64,000 bases of DNA from Steroidobacteraceae bacterium (GTDB taxonomy: Bacteria > Pseudomonadota > Gammaproteobacteria > Steroidobacterales > Steroidobacteraceae), in the NCBI GenBank assembly GCA_040080215.1, contig JBEBIT010000008.1:14487-78486 (forward strand). Reading direction: 5' to 3'. Made by a program: the position numbers and the translations under genes. The notes below the pieces were generated by a model. That model ran no database searches and was not told the DNA's origin. It saw only the letters and a program-made list of their open reading frames with translations. Shown here piece after piece: positions 54,000-61,857 of the stretch; position 1 is the first letter of the stretch; each line of letters starts with the position of its first letter.

Positions 54000-55619
54000 A
54001 TGGCCGTCCCTGGCAAGTCATTTGATCTCTTTCCGTCGCAAAGCCCTGATGAGAATAGGGCTGGCATGCGCGGTGAAGAGGGGAGTGCTTTGCTCAAAAG
54101 CATGCCTTCCGCAGGCGTTGCATCAGGGACCCAGCCGGCCGTAGCCACTGCGCGCGAACTGTGGCTGGCACTGCACTTGCCGAGTCTGCCCTTCGAAGCC
54201 CTCTACGCTGCGGGCCTTGTTGCGGAACCGGCCCATCACGGCCCGATGGCTGTCGTCGAGCGTGCAGGCCAACAGCAGGTGATTGCCTGTAATGCGGCCG
54301 CAGTGGGTGTCGGTGTCACGGCAGGGATGGGCATCAATGCAGCCTATGCGCTGGCAAGACAGCTGCGCATTCACGAAAGACAACCTGAGGTGGAGCGCTT
54401 GCTACTCGAACGTGTTGCGGGATGGGCCGGAAAGTTCACGCCTCGCGTCAGTCTTGAAGCGCCCGATGCGGTACTGCTCGAAGTCAAAGGGAGTCGCCGG
54501 CTTTTCGGTGGGCTCACCGCACTCTCTGAACAGGTTGCTGCGGGAGTACGCGAGCTGGGCGTGACGCCATCGATTGCGCTTGCACCCACGCCGCGCGCGG
54601 CACTCTGGTTTGCGAGAGCGGGGGAGAAGATCAGTGTCACCGCCGTTCGCGATCTTCCGGGCTTGCTTGCACGCCTGCCTGTCGCTGTATTGCGTTGGCC
54701 TGAACACGTTGTGACGTTGCTTGCTTCGATGGGCGTGCATGCGGTGGGGGATTGCCTGCGATTGCCACGGGACGGCCTTGCCCGGCGCATGGGGCAGGAG
54801 CTGCTGCTCGAGCTGGATCGGGCGACAGGCCGGCTGCCTGATGTCCGTCGCGATTTTCGACCTCAGGTGCGTTTCAGTGGTGCTCGTGATTTCGATGACG
54901 AGATTGCACAGGGCGCCTGGTTGCTCGAACGGCTCGATTCGCTGCTCGATGACCTCGCTGAGTTCCTCGAGGCGAGGCAGGCTGGCGTGCAGTCGCTGTT
55001 GCTCATGCTGTTGCACCGGGACCGGCCACCGACCCGACAGGTCTTTCGTTTTGCATCGCTCGCTACGCAGCGCGAGCATTTCGTTGCCGTCATGGGCGAA
55101 CAGCTTTCGCGGATGCAGTTGCAGGCACCCGTGCGGGGGGCGAAATTGCGCTCCGGGCCGCTCTTGATGAATGCCCCCGTCTCGAAGTCGTTCTTTTTTG
55201 CCGCGAATGCCCACGCACCCGAGCAGGTGTCGCGGCTGCTTGAGCGGTTGCGGGCGAGGCTCGGTGCGGCTGCGCTGTATCGCCTGCAAACCCTTGCGGA
55301 CCACCGCCCGGAACACGCATGGGGCAAGGTGGAGTCATGGCAGGCGGGCAAAGCAACAGAAAGAGGCCAGCCTGGCCGCTGTCGTCCCCTCTGGCTGCTG
55401 GCCGAGCCGCAGCCACTCGAGCAGGCTGGTGGTTGGCCGGCTTATGGCGGGCCGCTTGAGATCAAACGCGGTCCTGAACGCATCGAAGGGGGATGGTGGG
55501 CCGGCAGGGATGTTGCACGGGATTACTACACCGCATGCACTCAGGAAGGCGTGCGGTTGTGGGTCTACAGGGACCGCCGTGCGCCACAGGGATGGTTCCT
55601 GCACGGTATCTTTGGATGA
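54000..55619 (+). CDS. imuB: ImuB (Y-family polymerase-like protein); the start is uncertain (54000, 54066 or 54102)
   Basis: ELWLALHLPSLPFEAL is the characteristic N-terminus, and the C-terminus is GWFLHGIFG. The cassette position also fits. Confidence 0.85.
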   Translation: MAVPGKSFDLFPSQSPDENRAGMRGEEGSALLKSMPSAGVASGTQPAVATARELWLALHLPSLPFEALYAAGLVAEPAHHGPMAVVERAGQQQVIACNAAAVGVGVTAGMGINAAYALARQLRIHERQPEVERLLLERVAGWAGKFTPRVSLEAPDAVLLEVKGSRRLFGGLTALSEQVAAGVRELGVTPSIALAPTPRAALWFARAGEKISVTAVRDLPGLLARLPVAVLRWPEHVVTLLASMGVHAVGDCLRLPRDGLARRMGQELLLELDRATGRLPDVRRDFRPQVRFSGARDFDDEIAQGAWLLERLDSLLDDLAEFLEARQAGVQSLLLMLLHRDRPPTRQVFRFASLATQREHFVAVMGEQLSRMQLQAPVRGAKLRSGPLLMNAPVSKSFFFAANAHAPEQVSRLLERLRARLGAAALYRLQTLADHRPEHAWGKVESWQAGKATERGQPGRCRPLWLLAEPQPLEQAGGWPAYGGPLEIKRGPERIEGGWWAGRDVARDYYTACTQEGVRLWVYRDRRAPQGWFLHGIFG

Positions 55620-55629
55620 AGCTTCGTCC

Positions 55630-58600
55630 ATGTACGCAGAGCTTCACTGCCTTTCCAATTTCACGTTTCTGCGTGGCGCATCTTCTCCCGAAGAGCTGGT
55701 GAGGCGCGCCGCGCAGTTGGGATATACAGCGCTCGCGTTGACGGACGAATGCTCGGTGGCTGGCGTCGTGCGCGCCCATGTTGCTGCGAAAGCAGTCGGG
55801 CTCAAGCTCATCATCGGCAGCGAGTTCCGTCTTGTTGATGGTTTGCGGCTGGTGGTTCTCGCCACCAGCCGAAGGGGATACGCGGAGCTGTGTCGCCTGA
55901 TCACCGTTGGCCGCCGTGCGGCAGAAAAGGGCAGCTATCACCTCAAACGGGAGGATTTTTCAGGGTTCCCCTCTGCAGTTTCTTTCCTTCAGGAATGCAT
56001 CGCGCTGTGGCTGCCGGGATCTGAATCCGATCCGGATGAAGGCGCATGGGTAAGAGATGTCTTTCCCGGGCGCGCCTGGATTGCAACCGAGCTCCTGAGC
56101 GATGGCATCGACCGCAAGCGACTTTCCGGCTTGCGGATGCTGTCGCGGAGTCTTGCGATGCCGCTGGTTGCGAGTGGCGATGTCCACATGCATGTGCCGG
56201 AGCGACGACCCTTGCAGGATGCCGTGACGGCGATTCGCATCGGGGTGCCGCTCGCTTCAGCAGGACTGCACCTGCATGCCAATGGCGAACGTCATCTGCG
56301 CCCCCTGGCGCGCATCAGGAAGCGCTATCCGGCCGACTTGCTGGCCCAGACGATTGAGGTCGCGAAAGGCTGCGATTTCTCCCTCGACGAGGTTCGCTAC
56401 GAATATCCGGACGAAATCGTGCCGCAGGGTGCAACGCCTGCGAGCTATCTCAGGCAACTCGCGGAAGAGGGGATGCAGCGCTATTGGCCGGCGGGCGTAC
56501 CGGACAAGGTGCGTATCCAGGTCGATGAGGAGCTCGCGCTCATCCACGAGCTCAACTATGAAGCCTTCTTTCTTACCGTCTACGACGTGGTGAAGTTTGC
56601 TCGTTCAGTCGGGATTCTCTGCCAGGGGCGGGGCTCGGCTGCGAATTCCGCCGTGTGCTACTGCATCGGTATCACCGCCGTCGATCCCGCCAGGAGCTCG
56701 TTGCTCTTTGGTCGCTTCCTGTCGAAGGAACGCAACGAGCCGCCCGACATCGATGTCGATTTCGAGCATGAGCGGCGCGAAGAGGTCATCCAGTACATCT
56801 ACCGGAAATACGGCCGGCATCGTGCTGCCCTTGCGGCTACGGTCATCACTTACCAGCCACGCAGTGCTATTCGGGACTTGGGGAAGGCGCTCGGGCTCGA
56901 CGTCATGCAGACAGACCGCCTGGCGCGCACGCTGCAGTGGTGGGATGGCAAGCAGCCGGATGCCGAGCGGATCCGGGAAGCGGGGCTCGATCCGCAAAGC
57001 CCGCTGCTCAGGCAGCTGTTTGTGCTCGTGGGACAGTTGTGCGGGTTCCCCCGACATCTTTCGCAGCACGTCGGCGGCTTCGTCATCGCGCGCGATTCGC
57101 TCGACAACCTGGTGCCCGTGGAGAACGCGGCCATGCCGGAGCGGACAGTCATCCAGTGGGAGAAGGACGACCTCGAGGCGCTCGGCCTGCTGAAAGTCGA
57201 CGTATTGGCCCTCGGCATGCTGACGACCATCCGCCGCAGCTTCGATCTCGTGCGGCGGTTCCGCGGCAGGGAGTACAGCTTCGATGGCATCCCGGCCGAA
57301 GAAGCGTGTGTCTACGAAATGATCAGCGAGGCCGACACCATCGGCGTATTCCAGATCGAATCACGGGCCCAGATGTCGATGTTGCCGCGGCTCAAGCCAA
57401 GCACTTTCTATGACCTCGTCATTGAAGTCGCTATCGTGCGCCCCGGTCCCATCCAGGGAGGCATGGTGCATCCGTACCTGCGCAGGCGGACAGGGGTGGA
57501 GCCGGTCTCTTACCCCGGACCGGGGATCGAAAGCGTACTCAGCCGTACGCTCGGGGTGCCCATCTTCCAGGAGCAGGTCATGCAACTCGCCGTGGTGGCG
57601 GCCGGGTTCACGCCCGGCGAGGCTGATCAGCTGCGCCGTGCAATGGCAGCGTGGAAGCGCAAGGGCGGACTCGAGCCGTTCGAGCAGAATCTGATCGAGG
57701 GCATGCGTGCACGAGGCTATGAAGAGAGCTTCGCACGGCAGATCTTCGAGCAGATCAAGGGGTTTGGCGACTATGGCTTTCCGGAGTCGCATGCAGCCAG
57801 CTTCGCCTTGCTCGTCTATGTTTCCGCCTGGCTCAAGCGCCATGAGCCCGCTGCATTTACCGCCGCACTGCTCAACAGCCAGCCCATGGGGTTCTATGCG
57901 CCGGCACAGCTTGTCCGGGATGCCCGGGAACACCATGTCGAGGTGCGTGGCGTGGACGTGCAATGCAGCGACTGGGAAAGCACGTTGGAACGACGCAACG
58001 ATGGCGAGCCCGCATTGCGCCTTGGCTTCAAGCTGCTGAAGGGACTCGGGCAGGCAGCGGCGGAGCGAATCGCAGCCGCGAGGGAGGCTCACGGTGCATT
58101 CGAAAGCGTGCAACGTCTCGCCGAGCGAACCGGCCTTGGACGGCGCGAATTGCAAGTACTCGCTGCAGGAGGGGCGCTCAAGTCTCTGGTAGGCGATCGC
58201 CATCAGGCGGTCTGGGGAGTGAGTGGTGTCGAAGCTCCCTTGCCGGTTTTCGCGGAGCTGCGGATTGCGGAAGGGACGCCGCTGCTGGTGCGGCCACTGG
58301 AAGGCCAGGATATCGCTGCCGACTATCGAAGCCTGGGTTTGACGCTGGGTCGTCACCCGCTTGCGCTGCTCCGGCGTCGCTTTGAACGCGAGAAGGCGGT
58401 GGCTGCAGTCGAACTCAAGGCCTTGTCGCCAGGCCTTGGCGTCAGGGTAGCGGGGCTGGTGATAGGCCGGCAGCGTCCCGGCAACGGCAATGCCATCTTC
58501 GTGACGCTCGAAGACGAGACGGGGCAGGTCAACCTGATTGTCTGGGCGAGTCTTGCCGAGCGCCAGCGCAAGGTCCTGCTGGGTTCAAGGCTGCTGCAAG

Positions 58601-58713
58601 CGAACGGAATCCTGCAGCGCGAAGGCAAGGTCATCCACGTGGTGGCCCGGCAACTGCTGGACCGCAGCCGGTGGCTGGGCCGGCTCAACGTCCTGTCACG
58701 GGACTTTCATTGA
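55630..58713 (+). CDS. dnaE2: Error-prone DNA polymerase DnaE2 (ImuC)
   Basis: The internal ATG at 55630 gives a PHP-domain N-terminus, MYAELHCLSNFTFLRGASSPEELVRRAAQLGYTALALTDE. The protein is 1027 aa with Pol III alpha core motifs. Confidence 0.95.
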   Translation: MYAELHCLSNFTFLRGASSPEELVRRAAQLGYTALALTDECSVAGVVRAHVAAKAVGLKLIIGSEFRLVDGLRLVVLATSRRGYAELCRLITVGRRAAEKGSYHLKREDFSGFPSAVSFLQECIALWLPGSESDPDEGAWVRDVFPGRAWIATELLSDGIDRKRLSGLRMLSRSLAMPLVASGDVHMHVPERRPLQDAVTAIRIGVPLASAGLHLHANGERHLRPLARIRKRYPADLLAQTIEVAKGCDFSLDEVRYEYPDEIVPQGATPASYLRQLAEEGMQRYWPAGVPDKVRIQVDEELALIHELNYEAFFLTVYDVVKFARSVGILCQGRGSAANSAVCYCIGITAVDPARSSLLFGRFLSKERNEPPDIDVDFEHERREEVIQYIYRKYGRHRAALAATVITYQPRSAIRDLGKALGLDVMQTDRLARTLQWWDGKQPDAERIREAGLDPQSPLLRQLFVLVGQLCGFPRHLSQHVGGFVIARDSLDNLVPVENAAMPERTVIQWEKDDLEALGLLKVDVLALGMLTTIRRSFDLVRRFRGREYSFDGIPAEEACVYEMISEADTIGVFQIESRAQMSMLPRLKPSTFYDLVIEVAIVRPGPIQGGMVHPYLRRRTGVEPVSYPGPGIESVLSRTLGVPIFQEQVMQLAVVAAGFTPGEADQLRRAMAAWKRKGGLEPFEQNLIEGMRARGYEESFARQIFEQIKGFGDYGFPESHAASFALLVYVSAWLKRHEPAAFTAALLNSQPMGFYAPAQLVRDAREHHVEVRGVDVQCSDWESTLERRNDGEPALRLGFKLLKGLGQAAAERIAAAREAHGAFESVQRLAERTGLGRRELQVLAAGGALKSLVGDRHQAVWGVSGVEAPLPVFAELRIAEGTPLLVRPLEGQDIAADYRSLGLTLGRHPLALLRRRFEREKAVAAVELKALSPGLGVRVAGLVIGRQRPGNGNAIFVTLEDETGQVNLIVWASLAERQRKVLLGSRLLQANGILQREGKVIHVVARQLLDRSRWLGRLNVLSRDFH

Positions 58714-58725
58714 TAACGGCAGCGC

Positions 58726-59025
58726 TCACCTGCGCTTGCTGCCAGATTTGGCGCCACGTCCAGTCCTGCCTGCTCCGTCCGGAACGCCCTCGATTTCATA
58801 GTCGTTGAAATCAGACACGAGCTCGGCCGTCATCTTTTCTTCACGGAGACGTTCGAGGCGGCGCCACGCCGGCTCGCCCGCTTTGGGTGCGCCCCGTTTG
58901 CGCTTGTCCAGGTCGTCGATGAGATGCTCGATGTCCAGCTCATCGCCGGCACCGGCCGATTCCTCGGCTTCATCTTCTTCGTCGAACTCTTCCGATTGCG
59001 TCTTCTCGCTCATCGACCCCCTCAA
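58726..59025 (-). CDS. Small hypothetical protein with an acidic N-terminal half and a basic C-terminal tail
   Basis: ORF of 99 aa; the start may be the ATG at 59013. It has no signal peptide or TM segment. The sequence runs EEFDEEDEAEE...PAWRRLERLREEKMTAEL...SGSKRR. No function was recognised. Confidence 0.5.
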   Translation of the reverse strand: MRGSMSEKTQSEEFDEEDEAEESAGAGDELDIEHLIDDLDKRKRGAPKAGEPAWRRLERLREEKMTAELVSDFNDYEIEGVPDGAGRTGRGAKSGSKRR

Positions 59026-59114
59026 GCGGGACTGCGTTGCGCCAGATATATAGAGCGATTCGCGTGAGGGTGCAAGGGGCTACTGCACGTGTCGTCAGCA
59101 GCAGCGGAAGCGCG

Positions 59115-60332
59115 TCAGGCAATCAGCTCGTTGAGCTGGAAGATCGGCAGGAGCATCGCGAGCACGATGAGCAGAACGAAGCCGCCCATCACGAGGATCA
59201 TGAGCGGGCCCAGCAGTCCCACGAACGTGCTCAAGGTCGCATCCATCTCCCGTTCCTGGTTGCTCGCGGCACGGTCCAGCATGGTCTCGAGGTCGCCGCT
59301 GGTCTCGCCGCTCGCGATGAGATGAATCATCATCGGTGGGAAGAGGCGGGAAGTGCTCAAGGACTTGGCGATGGCAGCACCTTCCCGAACCCGGGCGGCG
59401 GCTTCCTCGACGGCATCCCGCATCGGGAGGTTGGTGACGACCTCGCCCGCGATCTTGAGCGCATCCAGCACGGGAACGGAACTCGATGTCAGCGTGGAGA
59501 ACGTGCGGGCAAAGCGCGCTGTATTGGTGCCCCGGACGACCTTGCCGACGAGAGGCAGGTTGAGCAGCATGCGGTGGAAGCGGCGTCGCGCTGCGGGCGC
59601 CCTGAGCCAGCGACGGAACAGCAAGGCGGCTGCAATGCAGAGGAGAATCACCAGCCAGCCCCAGTTGCGCATGAAATCGGAGAACCCGATGAGGATCTGG
59701 GTCAGCAGCGGCAAGGCAGCCTTGGAGTTCTCGAACTGGCGCACGATCTTCGGTACTACGAACGTCAACAGCATTGCGACGATTGAGGCGCACACCACGA
59801 ACAGAAGGATGGGATAGAGCATCGCATTCAGGGTGCGGCTGCGCAGCAGTTCCCGGCTTTCCGTGTAGTCCGCGAGCCGCTCGAGAACCGTATCCAGGTG
59901 GCCCGACTGCTCGCCCGCCGCGACGGTAGCGCGATAGATCTCGGGGAAAGCCTTGGGAAAATCGCCGAGGCCATCCGCCAGCGCGTGTCCCTGCATGACC
60001 TTGGATCGCACGCCAAGGAGCACGCTGCGGGTGCGGGGTCGCTCGGACTGTTCCGACACCGCCAGCAGGGCTTCTTCAAGCGGCAGTCCCGAGCGAACCA
60101 GCGTGGCCAATTGTCGCGTTAGAAGCGCCAGATCCTTGGCGGTCAACCCGCGCGTCAGGGAGAAACGGCCTTCCTCCCTGCGGGCTTCCCGTTGAGCGAC
60201 TTCGGTAACGGTGACGGGTAGCAAGCTGCGTTCGCGCAGCATCTGCCGAACCTGCCGGGCCGTGTCGCCTTCGAGAACACCGGTCTTCTCGCGGCCACCC
60301 GCATCGACGGCGGTGTATTCGAATGCGCCCAC
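59115..60332 (-). CDS. gspF: Type II secretion system inner-membrane platform protein GspF
   Basis: It begins MGAFEYTAVDAGGREKTGVLEGDTARQVRQMLRERSLLPVTV. Two GspF repeats and three TM segments follow. Confidence 0.95.
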   Translation of the reverse strand: MGAFEYTAVDAGGREKTGVLEGDTARQVRQMLRERSLLPVTVTEVAQREARREEGRFSLTRGLTAKDLALLTRQLATLVRSGLPLEEALLAVSEQSERPRTRSVLLGVRSKVMQGHALADGLGDFPKAFPEIYRATVAAGEQSGHLDTVLERLADYTESRELLRSRTLNAMLYPILLFVVCASIVAMLLTFVVPKIVRQFENSKAALPLLTQILIGFSDFMRNWGWLVILLCIAAALLFRRWLRAPAARRRFHRMLLNLPLVGKVVRGTNTARFARTFSTLTSSSVPVLDALKIAGEVVTNLPMRDAVEEAAARVREGAAIAKSLSTSRLFPPMMIHLIASGETSGDLETMLDRAASNQEREMDATLSTFVGLLGPLMILVMGGFVLLIVLAMLLPIFQLNELIA

Positions 60333-60342
60333 CGGGGTGCCC

Positions 60343-61857
60343 CTAGTCCTCGCGCGTGACGCGCAGGACTTCTTCGATGGTCGTGATGCCCGCGAGTATC
60401 TTCTGCCGGCCGTCGTCGCGGATGCTGGGAGTCATGGTGCGGGCATGGCGCTCGAGTTCGTGCTCGCCGGCTCCGTCGTGGATCATGGTGCGCATGGTGT
60501 CGTCCACGATCGCGAGTTCGTGGATGCCAGTGCGGCCCTTGAATCCATGTGCACTGTCTGCGCCGGGACGATACAGGATAGGCGAGGGGGCACCTGCCGG
60601 AATATTGAGCAGACGACGTTCATACTCGCCTGCCTCGTAAGCCTGCTTGGTGTCCGGGTTCAATACGCGAACCAGCCGCTGCGCCATGACGCCGAGCAGG
60701 CTGGAGGACAGCAGGAACGGTTCCACTCCCATGTCACGGAGCCGGGTTACGGCGCCGACCGCGGTATTCGTGTGCAGCGTCGATAGAACGAGGTGGCCGG
60801 TCAGCGAGGCCTGGACGGCGATATGCGCCGTCTCGAGATCGCGGATTTCGCCGACCATGACGACGTCCGGGTCCTGGCGGAGGATGGCTCGCAAGCCGCG
60901 CGCAAAGGTCATTTCCACCTTGGTATTGACCTGGGTCTGGCCGATGCCGTCGATGTAGTACTCGATCGGATCCTCGACCGTCATGATGTTGCGGGTGTTG
61001 TCGTTGATTCGCTCGAGGGCGGCATACAGCGTGGTCGTCTTGCCCGAGCCCGTTGGTCCCGTCACCAGGATGATGCCGTGCGGTTTGTGCACCAGCTCAT
61101 CCATCCGGTCCTGCGTGTGCTGTTCCATGCCGAGGGAACTCAATTCGAGGCGGCCCGCCTGCTTGTCCAGCAAGCGCAATACCACACGTTCGCCGTGGCC
61201 TGCGGGGATCGTCGACACACGCACGTCGACTGCACGGCCGGCGATGCGCAGGCTGATGCGGCCGTCCTGTGGGAGTCGCTTCTCTGCGATATCCAGCTTC
61301 GACATGACCTTGACCCGCGATACGACCAGCGGCGCCACGGCGCGACGAGACTGCAACACTTCACGCAGGACGCCGTCGATCCGGAAGCGGATGACGAGAC
61401 GATTCTCGAACGGTTCGATATGGATGTCGGATGCGTTGTCACGGACTGCCTGCGTGAGGATCGCATTGATCAGCTTGATGATGGGCGCGTGGTCGTCGCT
61501 TTCAAGCAGGTCGGACGGTTCCGGCAGATCCTGGACCAGGTGAGTCAGGTCGGTGTCGTCCTCGAAGCCACCTGCCATCTGCATCGCCGTGCTGGTGCCG
61601 CCTTCGTAGCGCTCGCGCAGCAATTGGTCGAATGCGTCGGATTCGACTCGCCGTAGCCGCAACGGGACGCCGAGGAATCGCCGCACCTCTGCGATGCTGG
61701 CTGGCGTGGCTCCGGCGCGATAGATGGCATCCGCCACCCCGTCCACCAATTGCTGCACGAGGATGCCGTGCCGCTTGGCGAATGTGAAAGACAGCAGAGG
61801 CGCCGTGCTCGGGGCCTTCGCTGTCTCCTCGATTGCGATGGGAGGAGAGGCTGCCAT
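60343..61857 (-). CDS. gspE: Type II secretion ATPase GspE
   Basis: It has an N-terminal FAKRHGIL, the Walker A motif VTGPTGSGKTTTLYA, and Asp and His boxes. Its ATG overlaps the gspD stop (TAATG). Confidence 0.95.
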   Translation of the reverse strand: MAASPPIAIEETAKAPSTAPLLSFTFAKRHGILVQQLVDGVADAIYRAGATPASIAEVRRFLGVPLRLRRVESDAFDQLLRERYEGGTSTAMQMAGGFEDDTDLTHLVQDLPEPSDLLESDDHAPIIKLINAILTQAVRDNASDIHIEPFENRLVIRFRIDGVLREVLQSRRAVAPLVVSRVKVMSKLDIAEKRLPQDGRISLRIAGRAVDVRVSTIPAGHGERVVLRLLDKQAGRLELSSLGMEQHTQDRMDELVHKPHGIILVTGPTGSGKTTTLYAALERINDNTRNIMTVEDPIEYYIDGIGQTQVNTKVEMTFARGLRAILRQDPDVVMVGEIRDLETAHIAVQASLTGHLVLSTLHTNTAVGAVTRLRDMGVEPFLLSSSLLGVMAQRLVRVLNPDTKQAYEAGEYERRLLNIPAGAPSPILYRPGADSAHGFKGRTGIHELAIVDDTMRTMIHDGAGEHELERHARTMTPSIRDDGRQKILAGITTIEEVLRVTRED

